Shown piece after piece: positions 55,661 through 64,000 of a stretch of DNA of 64,000 nt (its first letter is position 1; every line of letters begins with the position of its first letter). The position numbers and the translations under genes are program-made. Origin of the DNA: Altererythrobacter sp. (GTDB taxonomy: Bacteria > Pseudomonadota > Alphaproteobacteria > Sphingomonadales > Sphingomonadaceae); contig JAFKFN010000017.1 of NCBI GenBank assembly GCA_017308255.1, positions 11,386-75,385 on the forward strand. The letters are read 5' to 3'. A model generated the notes under the pieces. It saw only the letters and a program-made list of their open reading frames with translations. It was not told the DNA's origin and ran no database searches.

Positions 55661-58600
55661 TCAGGCCGGTGCCGGCTGCGGCGTGCCGCCCTCGTCGAGA
55701 ACGTCGTGGCCGCGTTCGAAGCGGCCGAACATCAGCGCGAGCGCCGGCAGCACGAGCAGGTTGAGCGCCATCGAGGTGAGGAGCCCGCCGAGGATGACCA
55801 CCGCCATCGGCCCTTCCACCTCTCGGCCGGGATCGCCCATGCCGATCGCCAGCGGCAGCAACCCCAGGCCGGTGACGAGCGAGGTCATGACGATCGGAAC
55901 CAGCCGGTCGGCAGCGCCCTCCATCGCCGTTTCCGGTCCCCAGGTCCGCCCCTCCGCCGATACCAGATGCTCGTAGTGCGAGATCATCATGATCGAGTTG
56001 CGCAGCGTGATGCCGAACAGGGTGACGAAGCCGACCATCGAACCGAGGGTCAGTTGGCCGCCGGTCAGCATCACCGCGATCACGCCGCCGGCGAGCGCGA
56101 ACGGCAGATTGGCGAGGATGAGCAACAGGTTGCGCCAGTGGCGCGTGGCGACCGCGAGAAGGATGACGATGCCGACCGCCGCCAGCAGAGAATTGAGGAG
56201 CAGGGTGCGCTGGGCCTGAGACTGGGCCTCCGCCGCCCCGGCGAAGGCGACATAGCTTCCCGGCGACAACTGGACCCGGGCGGCGATCGCCGCCCGTGCA
56301 TCCTGGACGAACGAAGCGACGTCGCGCCCGGCGACGTTCGCGGTAACGCTCTGCAGTCGCCGCGCGCCGTCATGTTGCACCTGATAGCGCCCGCTCGTCA
56401 TCGACACGTCCGCGACCTGCCGCAGCAGCACGAATCTGCCGTCGGCCGCCTTGAACGGCAGCTCGGCGATCCGCGCGGGGTCGCCGCGGCTGTCGCGGTC
56501 GAGAATGGTGATGACATTGAATACTCGGTCGCCGTCATAGGTCTGGCCGACGACGTCGCCCTGATAGGCGGCGCGGACGACGTCGAGCACGTCGACGGCA
56601 TTGAGGCCAAATTGCGCGAGATCGGCGTTGCGCAGGCGGATCGAAATCTGCGGCAGACCCGGCGGGGACTGGACCTGGACCTCGCTCGCGCCGGGAACCG
56701 CGGCCAGCACCCGGGCGATCTCCTGGGCCTTGGCGTCGAGCATCGAAAGATCGTCGCCGAACAGATTCACCGCGACCGCCGCCGTATAGCCCGACAGCGT
56801 CTCCTCGACCCGCTCGGTGAGGAAGGTCTTCAATGAGAAGTTCACCCCGACGAAGCCGCTCAGCACCTGGCGGATGCGGCCCTGCGTCTGCTCGAACTCC
56901 TCGCCGCTCTGGGGCACGAGATCGACGTTGAACTCGCTGTAGTGCGTGCCCCACGTGTCGCCCGCCTTCTCGGCCCTTCCGACCTGCTGGCTGACCGAAC
57001 GGACCTCCGGAATCTGCCGCAGCGCGGAAGTGACTCGCGCGCCGATCCGAAGGGACTCCTCAAGCGACGTGCCGGGCGCGGCGGACATGTGCAGGATGTA
57101 ATGGCCCTCCTTCAATTCGGGGATGAACCCGCCCCCGAAGAACGGGAGCGCCGCGAGGCTGAGCAGGGTGAGAGCGCCGGCGGCGAGAAGGAGCTGACGG
57201 GGGCGGTCGATGAGCCGTTCGAGGGCATGAAGATAGCGGCCACGGCTCCAATTGCTGACCGGCGGATCGGCGATCTCCTCCGCACGGCCTGTCAGCCACA
57301 GCAGGCTCAGCGCCGGCGTCACGGTCAGCGCCACCACCAGCGAGGCGAGCACGGCGATGATGTAGGCGATCCCCAGCGGCGCGAACAAGCGGCCGGCAAT
57401 GCCGGGCAGGGCGATGATCGGCACGAAGACGAGGATGACGGCGAACGTGGCGTAGACGACCGCGCTCCGCACTTCGAGAACGGCATCGAAGACGACGCGC
57501 CCCTCCGGGCGCGGATGTTCGAGGCGCCGGTTCTGGTGCAGGCGACGCATGATGTTCTCGACCCCGATCACCGCATCGTCGACCACCTCGCCGATAGCGA
57601 TGGCGAGCCCGCCGAGCGTCATCGTGTTGAGCGATATTCCCAGCTGTTCGAGCAGCAGCGTCGCCGTGAGCAGCGACAGTGGAATGGCGGTGCAGGCGAT
57701 CGCTGCGGTGCGCAGGTTGAAGAGAAACAGGAACAGGACGGCGATCACCAGGATGCCGCCGAGAATCAGCGAGGTGCGGATATTCGACAGCGCCGTGCTG
57801 ATGAAGTTCGCCGGACGAAAGAGCGAGGAATTGAGGTTCACTCCTTGGCGCGTTAGCGCCGGGCGGAGATCGTCCAGCGCCGCCTCGACCGCGCGCGTCA
57901 CCTTGATCGTGTTGGCGCCATATTGTTCGGAGACGACGAGGACGACGCCGGGCTTTCCCTCGACAGCCGCAGCGCCGATCGGCGGCTCGGGAGCATCGGC
58001 GAGGTCGGCGACCTGACCCAGCGTCACGCGGCCGCCGTCGCTGGCGACCAGCACCGTGCCGGCGAGATCCCGAGCGTGCAGGGCTTGCCCTTCGGTCTGG
58101 AACAGGATGCGCTGGTTTGAGGTATCGATGAAGCCGGCGCCGCGCACGCCGGTCGCCTGGCGGGCGGCAGCGAGGACTTCGCTCATGCCGAGGCCATATT
58201 GCACCAGTCGCTCGGGATGGACCTGGACCTGGATCGAGCGCGTGTCCCCGCCAAACACCAGTACGTCCGCGACGCCTGGCACGGCGAGCAGCCGGCGGCG
58301 GACGGTCCATTCGGCGAGCGTGCGAAGGTCCATCAGCGAGCGGCGGTCCGAGGTGAGGCCGGCCACCAGCACCGTGCTGGTCGAGGAGGTCAGCGGCGTG
58401 ATCGCCGGCGGCTGCACGCCCTGCGGGAGCTGCTGAGCGGCCGAAGCGAGCCGTTCGGCGACCACCTGCCGGTCGCGGTAGATGTCGCTTGCCGGATCGA
58501 AGAAGACGTTGACGACCGAAAGGCCCTGGATCGAGGTGGACCTCAGGCTCTGGATGCCTGGAACGCCGTTGATCGCCGTCTCGATCGGCCGGGTGACGAG

Positions 58601-58813
58601 CAGCTCGACCTGCTCGGGGCCGAGCCCCGGCGCTTCGGTCTGGATGCCGACCTGCGGCGGCGCGAACTCGGGAAACACGTCATATTTGGCTTGGGTGAGG
58701 CCATAGACGCCGTAGAACACCAGCAGCGTCGCCAGCGCGATGACGATGCCGCGGAAGCGGACGGCAAAGGCGATGATGCCGGCCTGGAGGCCGGACGGGC
58801 GGGTCGCAATCAC
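55661..58813 (-). CDS. RND efflux permease (CusA/CzcA/NolG-like)
   Basis: DVFPEFAPPQV, GEVVDDAVIGVENI proton relay, GITLRNSI, RLVPIVMT; 1050 aa. Confidence 0.95.
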   Translation of the reverse strand: MIATRPSGLQAGIIAFAVRFRGIVIALATLLVFYGVYGLTQAKYDVFPEFAPPQVGIQTEAPGLGPEQVELLVTRPIETAINGVPGIQSLRSTSIQGLSVVNVFFDPASDIYRDRQVVAERLASAAQQLPQGVQPPAITPLTSSTSTVLVAGLTSDRRSLMDLRTLAEWTVRRRLLAVPGVADVLVFGGDTRSIQVQVHPERLVQYGLGMSEVLAAARQATGVRGAGFIDTSNQRILFQTEGQALHARDLAGTVLVASDGGRVTLGQVADLADAPEPPIGAAAVEGKPGVVLVVSEQYGANTIKVTRAVEAALDDLRPALTRQGVNLNSSLFRPANFISTALSNIRTSLILGGILVIAVLFLFLFNLRTAAIACTAIPLSLLTATLLLEQLGISLNTMTLGGLAIAIGEVVDDAVIGVENIMRRLHQNRRLEHPRPEGRVVFDAVLEVRSAVVYATFAVILVFVPIIALPGIAGRLFAPLGIAYIIAVLASLVVALTVTPALSLLWLTGRAEEIADPPVSNWSRGRYLHALERLIDRPRQLLLAAGALTLLSLAALPFFGGGFIPELKEGHYILHMSAAPGTSLEESLRIGARVTSALRQIPEVRSVSQQVGRAEKAGDTWGTHYSEFNVDLVPQSGEEFEQTQGRIRQVLSGFVGVNFSLKTFLTERVEETLSGYTAAVAVNLFGDDLSMLDAKAQEIARVLAAVPGASEVQVQSPPGLPQISIRLRNADLAQFGLNAVDVLDVVRAAYQGDVVGQTYDGDRVFNVITILDRDSRGDPARIAELPFKAADGRFVLLRQVADVSMTSGRYQVQHDGARRLQSVTANVAGRDVASFVQDARAAIAARVQLSPGSYVAFAGAAEAQSQAQRTLLLNSLLAAVGIVILLAVATRHWRNLLLILANLPFALAGGVIAVMLTGGQLTLGSMVGFVTLFGITLRNSIMMISHYEHLVSAEGRTWGPETAMEGAADRLVPIVMTSLVTGLGLLPLAIGMGDPGREVEGPMAVVILGGLLTSMALNLLVLPALALMFGRFERGHDVLDEGGTPQPAPA

Positions 58814-59880
58814 TCCTTGTTCTCGCCGACCTGGATTTGCGACCGCATCTCCTCGGAGAGGAGGAGCTGCGCGCCCTGCGTTACGACGCGGGTTCCCGCA
58901 GCGAGGCCCGGCACGATCGAGCCGCCCTCGCTCGCCTGAAGCTCGCTCGGAACCTCGATACGCTCGAACGCCTCAGGACCGACAAGCCGGTACAGCCAGG
59001 AACGGCCCTGCCAGGAGACGATCGTCGTCTCCGGCACCAATGCCCCGCTCACGGTCCGGCTGCCCGGCAGCAGTGCCAGCAGGTTCATGCCAGGCAGAAG
59101 CCCGCTCGACGCCGCCGCGACATAGTAGAAGCTGTATCCCTGAATGCGCGGATCGACCTGCGCAGCGGCGGAGACCAGCCTGGCGCTGGTCCTGACGCCC
59201 GTGTCGCTTTCGAGCTGCACCGCGCTCGGCGCGGAAACTCCGGCCACGCCCGGCGGCGCGGTCACCTGGATCAGCACCGAACGCCGCTGCGCGAGCGACG
59301 CGACCAGCGTCGCTCCCGGCCGAAACGCCATGCCGAACTCCTGGCGGATGAGCGCCGTATTGGCATCGAGCTGTGCCCGCGCCGAGGCGGCGGCCGCTTC
59401 ATCGGCCCGCCACGTCGCCTCTGCACTCTGGAGCTGAGCCAGCGAGAAATTCTGCGCATCGCGGTAGAGGAGCCGGGCGCGCTCCGCTGCGGCGCGCGAA
59501 GCCGCCGCCTTGGCCTCGGCTGCGGCGACCGACGCCCGCGACGTCTCGTAATTGTTGTTGAGATCGGTGAGGCGCGCGACGTCCACCACCCGTGCGAAGG
59601 CGCGGATGGGCGCGACGGCGCTCGCTGCCTCGACGGGCGTGACGATGATCCCGTTGCGCCGCTGGGTCGCGGCATCGACACGGACGATGGGGCGGCCGTT
59701 CTCGTAGGTCGCACGCAGGGGGATCGGGACGGGACGCTCGCGCTCGGCTTCGAGCGCCGCTTCCTTGCGGGACTCCTCGAAGGCCCAGGCGAGGAGAAGA
59801 ATGATCCCCACGGCCGCAACCGCGATCAGGATCAGGCGCGCGGGACGCGAGCCACGGAGATATTCGATGGCTCGGTTCAC
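58810..59880 (-). CDS. RND periplasmic adaptor (MFP)
   Basis: N-terminal TM, coiled hairpin, VVTQGAQLLLSEE end; coupled to the RND gene. Confidence 0.88.
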   Translation of the reverse strand: MNRAIEYLRGSRPARLILIAVAAVGIILLLAWAFEESRKEAALEAERERPVPIPLRATYENGRPIVRVDAATQRRNGIIVTPVEAASAVAPIRAFARVVDVARLTDLNNNYETSRASVAAAEAKAAASRAAAERARLLYRDAQNFSLAQLQSAEATWRADEAAAASARAQLDANTALIRQEFGMAFRPGATLVASLAQRRSVLIQVTAPPGVAGVSAPSAVQLESDTGVRTSARLVSAAAQVDPRIQGYSFYYVAAASSGLLPGMNLLALLPGSRTVSGALVPETTIVSWQGRSWLYRLVGPEAFERIEVPSELQASEGGSIVPGLAAGTRVVTQGAQLLLSEEMRSQIQVGENKE

Positions 59881-61295
59881 TCGGACCGCTCCTCGCTTCG
59901 AAGGGTGGGGCCTGCGGTTGCAGGAGGTGAGGCCGGCGCAAAGATCGGCTGCTGCAGGGCGTCCTCGATGGCGCCAAGCGCCCGCCGCTGGTTGGTCAGC
60001 GCCAGGAGACGCTCCAGCTCGGTGGCGGCTAGTTCAAGTTCACCGGCGAGCAGTGTGACATGGTCAATCTGGCCCGCGTCGAACAGCCGTTTGGTCCGCG
60101 CCTGGCGCGCGGTCTGCTCCGAAAGAAGCGCCTCGGCTCTTTCGAGGCTCCGCGTGCTGGCCTGGTAGTCAGCCGACGCCCGATCGACCGCGCCGAGCAC
60201 CGTGGCCTGCAGCGCCTCGAAGTTGGCGGCTGACAGACGCCTGCGCGCGACGGCCTCGGCGATCGGCCCTTGGTTCTGGTTAAAGATCGGAAGGTCGGCC
60301 GAGGCGGACAGACTGAACTTGTTGTCGCCCTGATCGTAGGTGTAGCCGGGTCCGAGCGTCAGGTTCGGGAACTGGTTGGCGATCTGGAGCCGCAGCGCCG
60401 CCTCGGCCGCGTCATATTGCTTGAGCGACGACACGATGTCGCTGCGCCCGGTCAGAGCCTGTCGGCGGAGCGGCGCAATGCCCTCGGTTGGCGGAACCGC
60501 GGTGGGGATCGCGCCGAAGTCGATCGCCACCCCTTGAAGCGCGTCCGCCGGAACTCCGATCGCAGTCGCGAGCGCGGCACGCGCGGTGGCGAGGTCGCGC
60601 TCCGCATCGCGCTCGGCAAGCCGGTATCGGTCGAGATTGACGCGTTCCCTTGAAACGTCGAGGCCCGACGCCTCGCCGACCACTTGGCGCCGCCCGAGAA
60701 ATCCGACCAGCTGCTCCTGAAACTCAAGCTGACGAGCGCTGAGCGCGATCCGCTGGCTCGCTGCCCACATGTCTATATAGGCCGAACGGACCCGTCCCCG
60801 GACCTCCCAGCCGGCCGTAGCAATGTCGTGCCGCGCCGCTGCCTCCAGCGCCTCGGCCTGCTCGGTTCGATGCCCGCGCTTGCCGAACAGTTCGAGGAGT
60901 AAATTGATCGCGGTTCCGATCGTCAGCGCGGTAGGGTTGGCCGAGGTTGCGTTGAACCCGCCGTCGATGGTGAGGCCGGGATTGGGGCGCTGTGCTGCGG
61001 TGCGGATCGCCGCCTGGGCGACGGCCAGTCTGGATTGCGCCACCTCGAGATCGGGATGGAAGTAGAGTGCGGCGAGCGTCAAGCGCTCCAGATCCCACGC
61101 CCCCGCCGACGACGTCTGTGTCTGTGGGGAGAGTCGGAGGAATTCCTGGAGCCGCTCATCCGCAAGCGTCCGCTGTTCCAACGCTGCGGCGCTCTGCGCT
61201 GGGACGAGGGGCACTGGCCGATAGGTCGTGCACGCTGCCGGAGCGACGGCGACAGCGGCAACAAGAAGGACACGAGGAAATCGAAAGTAGATCAT
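59877..61295 (-). CDS. TolC-family outer membrane factor (lipoprotein)
   Basis: Signal ending PAAC, HPDL, QRPNP, FPNLTLG, LPIFNQNQG; start probably 61295. Confidence 0.92.
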   Translation of the reverse strand: MIYFRFPRVLLVAAVAVAPAACTTYRPVPLVPAQSAAALEQRTLADERLQEFLRLSPQTQTSSAGAWDLERLTLAALYFHPDLEVAQSRLAVAQAAIRTAAQRPNPGLTIDGGFNATSANPTALTIGTAINLLLELFGKRGHRTEQAEALEAAARHDIATAGWEVRGRVRSAYIDMWAASQRIALSARQLEFQEQLVGFLGRRQVVGEASGLDVSRERVNLDRYRLAERDAERDLATARAALATAIGVPADALQGVAIDFGAIPTAVPPTEGIAPLRRQALTGRSDIVSSLKQYDAAEAALRLQIANQFPNLTLGPGYTYDQGDNKFSLSASADLPIFNQNQGPIAEAVARRRLSAANFEALQATVLGAVDRASADYQASTRSLERAEALLSEQTARQARTKRLFDAGQIDHVTLLAGELELAATELERLLALTNQRRALGAIEDALQQPIFAPASPPATAGPTLRSEERSE

Positions 61296-61319
61296 TGCCG
61301 AACTGCGTGCTGGGCTAAG

Positions 61320-61422
61320 CTGACAAGTACCTGACGAGAAAATGGGTGATCCATTTCTCTTGCCTGCCGGAAAGCCGGACATCAGGGTCACGCAACGACG
61401 ACGTGCGTCAGAATGTGGTCAG
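61320..61422. promoter_or_regulatory. Two OmpR-type tandem boxes, one per divergent promoter
   Basis: Minus strand CGTCAG-N5-TGTCAG (61336-61320); plus strand CGTCAG-N5-GGTCAG (61406-61422). Confidence 0.65.
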
Positions 61423-61484
61423 CATCCCTGCCGACGCGGTAGTCTATGAACGGACATTGCGCGGAAGAAGAGGTTGGCGATTCG

Positions 61485-62174
61485 GTGAAGGTGCTGCTGG
61501 TCGAAGACAACATTGAATTGCGTGAGATGATCGCTGCCCATCTCGACGGCTGCGGCATCACGGTGGATGCATTAGCCACTGCGGAGGAAGCTAGTGAGGC
61601 TCTTTCGCTCGCGACCTATGACATCCTGCTCCTCGACCTGGGATTGCCCGATGGAGACGGGCTGGACCTGATCGGCTGCATCGCCGCTCGTCCGGACTTT
61701 CACTTGCCGATCATCGTCATCACGGCGCGGGATGCGCTTTCCTCCCGCATCGAGGGCCTCAATGCAGGTGCAGACGACTATCTGGTCAAACCCTTCGATC
61801 TGGCGGAATTGCAGGCGCGCATTCATGCGGTGCTGCGGCGGCCGGGGGAAAGAAAATCGGGCACATTGGGCTGCGGTGACGTGACACTCGACATCGCATC
61901 GCGCGCGGCGTTCGTGGGCGATCAGCCACTCGACCTGGCTCGACGGGAAGCTGCGATGCTGGAGGAACTGCTTCGGGCGGCCGGCCGTATCGTGGTGCGC
62001 GACGTGCTGGAGGAGCGGCTGTATTCGTTCAACGAGCCGGTCACGCCTAACGCGATTGAGGCGGTTGTGTCGCGTCTGCGCCGAAAGCTCGAACTTCTTG
62101 GTTCAACGACCCGCATTCAGACCAAACGCGGTATCGGATACCGGATCGGTATTGAGCCGGACCAGACGACATGA
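61485..62174 (+). CDS. OmpR-family response regulator
   Basis: LLVEDN, LLLDLGLPDGDG, ITARD, GADDYLVKPF, IQTKRGIGY. Confidence 0.96.
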   Translation: MKVLLVEDNIELREMIAAHLDGCGITVDALATAEEASEALSLATYDILLLDLGLPDGDGLDLIGCIAARPDFHLPIIVITARDALSSRIEGLNAGADDYLVKPFDLAELQARIHAVLRRPGERKSGTLGCGDVTLDIASRAAFVGDQPLDLARREAAMLEELLRAAGRIVVRDVLEERLYSFNEPVTPNAIEAVVSRLRRKLELLGSTTRIQTKRGIGYRIGIEPDQTT

Positions 62175-63583
62175 ACAATTGGTGGGCGCATATCCGAACC
62201 ATGCTGTGGCGCCCGAGCCTTCGCGCACGCCTCATCCTGATCCTTTTCGTCACATTCTGCGCTGGACTGCTCGGGGCTGGCGCCTTCTTCTATTGGGAGG
62301 GGGGCGCCATCGGGGCCGGGCTGCGCGAGCGCAGCCTTCAGGAACAGGCTCGTCAACTGCTGGACGGTTTGTCTTCCGGGAGCAGCGGGCAGACAGCCGC
62401 AGCGGCGCTGCGCTCGGTCGATCCCATCTACGCTCGCCCGGGCGCGGCCTACGGCTATACGCTGTTCGACCGGGATGGACGCGTGCGGGCCGTGTCCGAA
62501 AGCCGCCGCGGCAGCGGCCCACTGCCGTTCACGCAGCTCCCCGGTTTCGGTGAGCAGTTCGGCCCGGTCTTCTTCGTGGGGCCAAGCCGAATTGCGGCCA
62601 TGACCGTTCGCACACCGGACAATCGTTTCTTCTTGATCGTGTCCCGCGACGATCCCGATCCCAGGACGCTGGCGGAAAGCCTCATCGAGCAGGACGCAAG
62701 GCCACTCTTCATCCTGGCGCCTTTCGTGCTCCTTGCCTTTGCCCTTATCGTGCTCGTGATCAACCGCACGCTTCGTCCGCTTGAGCGGGCTTCGTCCGAG
62801 GCCGCTCGGATCGGCCCGGCGTCGTCGGTGGCACGCGTTTCGCCAGCCGGGCTTCCGTCGGAAATCATTCCGCTCGTGAAAGCCTTCAACGGCGCGCTCG
62901 ACCGGCTACACAAGGCGTATCATTTCGAGAAGCAACTAACTGCGGATGCCGCGCATGAGCTGCGGACCCCTTTGGCGGTGTTGCGGATGCGCCTAGAGCG
63001 CGCCCGCTTGAGCACCGAGACGCAGCTCGATTGGGAGGCTGTCAGCCGCGACTTCGCTCAGATCGACCGCCTCACGGCCCAGTTGCTCGACTTGGCCCGC
63101 AAGGAGCAGGTCGGAACCCCTGAGCGCAAATCCGAGGTAAACATGTCGCGGGTGGCGCGCGAAGCCGCCGCGCTGCTCTTGCCGATGGTCGAACGAGCAG
63201 ATCGATCGCTCACCGTTGTGGCACCTGAGCCGGTGGTTATCGCCCACGGCGTCGAGGACGATCTTCGAGACATGCTCCGGAATCTGATCGAAAATGCCCT
63301 GATTCACGGTAAGGGCGCGATCACCGTAACTGTGGAGCGCGTCGGTCGCCGCGACCGCGACTACGCCACAATAACGGTTGAGGATGAGGGCGGGGGCGTA
63401 CCCGAATCGATCCGTGAGCTCGTATTTGAGCGATTTCGGAAAGGTGACGCCTCAACACGAGGAGCTGGGCTTGGCCTCGCGATCGTGCGGCATGTTGCTG
63501 GGAAGCACGGAGGAACCGCCGAGTTTCAAGCGGGTCCCCAGAGCTGCGTTCGGATTACCCTACCCCTTGTAGGGCCGGAATAG
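62171..63583 (+). CDS. Sensor histidine kinase (QseC-like)
   Basis: Two TMs, HAMP, DAAHELRTPL, NLIENALIHG, DEGGG, GAGLGLAI. Confidence 0.96.
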   Translation: MNNWWAHIRTMLWRPSLRARLILILFVTFCAGLLGAGAFFYWEGGAIGAGLRERSLQEQARQLLDGLSSGSSGQTAAAALRSVDPIYARPGAAYGYTLFDRDGRVRAVSESRRGSGPLPFTQLPGFGEQFGPVFFVGPSRIAAMTVRTPDNRFFLIVSRDDPDPRTLAESLIEQDARPLFILAPFVLLAFALIVLVINRTLRPLERASSEAARIGPASSVARVSPAGLPSEIIPLVKAFNGALDRLHKAYHFEKQLTADAAHELRTPLAVLRMRLERARLSTETQLDWEAVSRDFAQIDRLTAQLLDLARKEQVGTPERKSEVNMSRVAREAAALLLPMVERADRSLTVVAPEPVVIAHGVEDDLRDMLRNLIENALIHGKGAITVTVERVGRRDRDYATITVEDEGGGVPESIRELVFERFRKGDASTRGAGLGLAIVRHVAGKHGGTAEFQAGPQSCVRITLPLVGPE

Positions 63584-63784
63584 CGCGCAAGAGCGGGCCG
63601 TGTGGCGAATGGCGGTCGGCGGTGGCTTCAGGCGGTATTAGCGTAGTAGGAACGGCGATACATATTCGTTATGTTTGTCCTGCGTGGGGCGCCAACTGTC
63701 TTCCGTGAAACTGATGGGCAAAGGCCAGGGCTTGGATTGGCCCGGTTTCTTCGTATCCGGCCCATGCGCGCGAGCCAGCCGATC

Positions 63785-64000
63785 TCAGCCAGGGCGGGGA
63801 TAGATCACCTTGCCGTCATCGGTCCGTTCCGCGCCGGGAGTGGGGCGGGCGGGGTCTGTGCGGCCGGGCGCCATGAGGTGGTCTACGGGGTGGCCGTTAA
63901 ACAGGAGGTAGTCGGCGATGATGCGGCGGTGGCATCGCCACCAGACCGCTTCCGCGCACATCAGGGCCAGCCGCTGCTCGCCGCCCAGGTGGAGGAGCGT
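63785..64000 (-). CDS. DUF488 family protein, 3' part (truncated by window edge)
   Basis: Hand translation LALMCAEAVWWRCHRRIIADYL...GKVIYPRPG*; absent from the ORF track. Confidence 0.88.
   Translation of the reverse strand, partial: TLLHLGGEQRLALMCAEAVWWRCHRRIIADYLLFNGHPVDHLMAPGRTDPARPTPGAERTDDGKVIYPRPG

Larger units (their letters stand above)
25853..64000. mobile_element. Integrative conjugative element (Tn4371/ICEMlSym-like backbone, large serine recombinase) inserted at tRNA-Arg; right end not seen
   Basis: Integrase abutting the tRNA, relaxase, T4CP, full trb cluster, excision regulators; no REPs seen beyond the tRNA. Confidence 0.93.

Noticed and set aside
63678-63694. TCCTGCGTGGGGCGCCA as attR (resembles the tRNA 3' end)
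   Set aside because: Only about 12/17 identity; it cannot rebuild the GCGCCCG acceptor stem; cargo-like DNA continues beyond it

Overview
High-GC alphaproteobacterial DNA; the gene set and synteny suggest Sphingomonadales. Bases 1-25,852 are chromosomal housekeeping genes: topA, MFS, lepB-rnc-era, pgi, DEAD-box helicase, gor, pccB, POT transporter, aroK-aroB, xerD-accA, M48 protease, two Flp pilins, a Nudix gene and tRNA-Arg(ACG). This half also carries CGTC-type REP palindromes, one of them nested, and a (GGGACT)3GGG G-quadruplex motif. From the tRNA-Arg 3' end to the window edge lies a Tn4371/ICEMlSym-like integrative conjugative element (ICE). It encodes a large serine recombinase whose reading frame runs antisense into the tRNA, a FitAB toxin-antitoxin pair, and a putative leading region (ParB-like, DUF736, DUF932) with large stem-loops. 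It also encodes QseM, a +1 frameshifted FseA (DUF6499/DUF2285), RdfS, TraF, a lytic transglycosylase, a relaxase, TraG and a complete trbBCDEJKLFGI cluster. The cargo is a coupled TolC-MFP-RND-PAP2-PAP2-MFS-LysR-Eex-like operon, divergent from an OmpR-family two-component system. The right ICE end was not found in the window. The most novel-looking signal is an apparently non-coding, pseudoknot- or switch-capable element of about 250 nt (33,283-33,545) directly upstream of qseM. It sits in an ICE with no visible QseC, TraR or TraI, the regulators that control this circuit in Mesorhizobium. Gene calls rest on motif recognition, and RNA/DNA structures were paired by eye; no database searches or folding programs were run.
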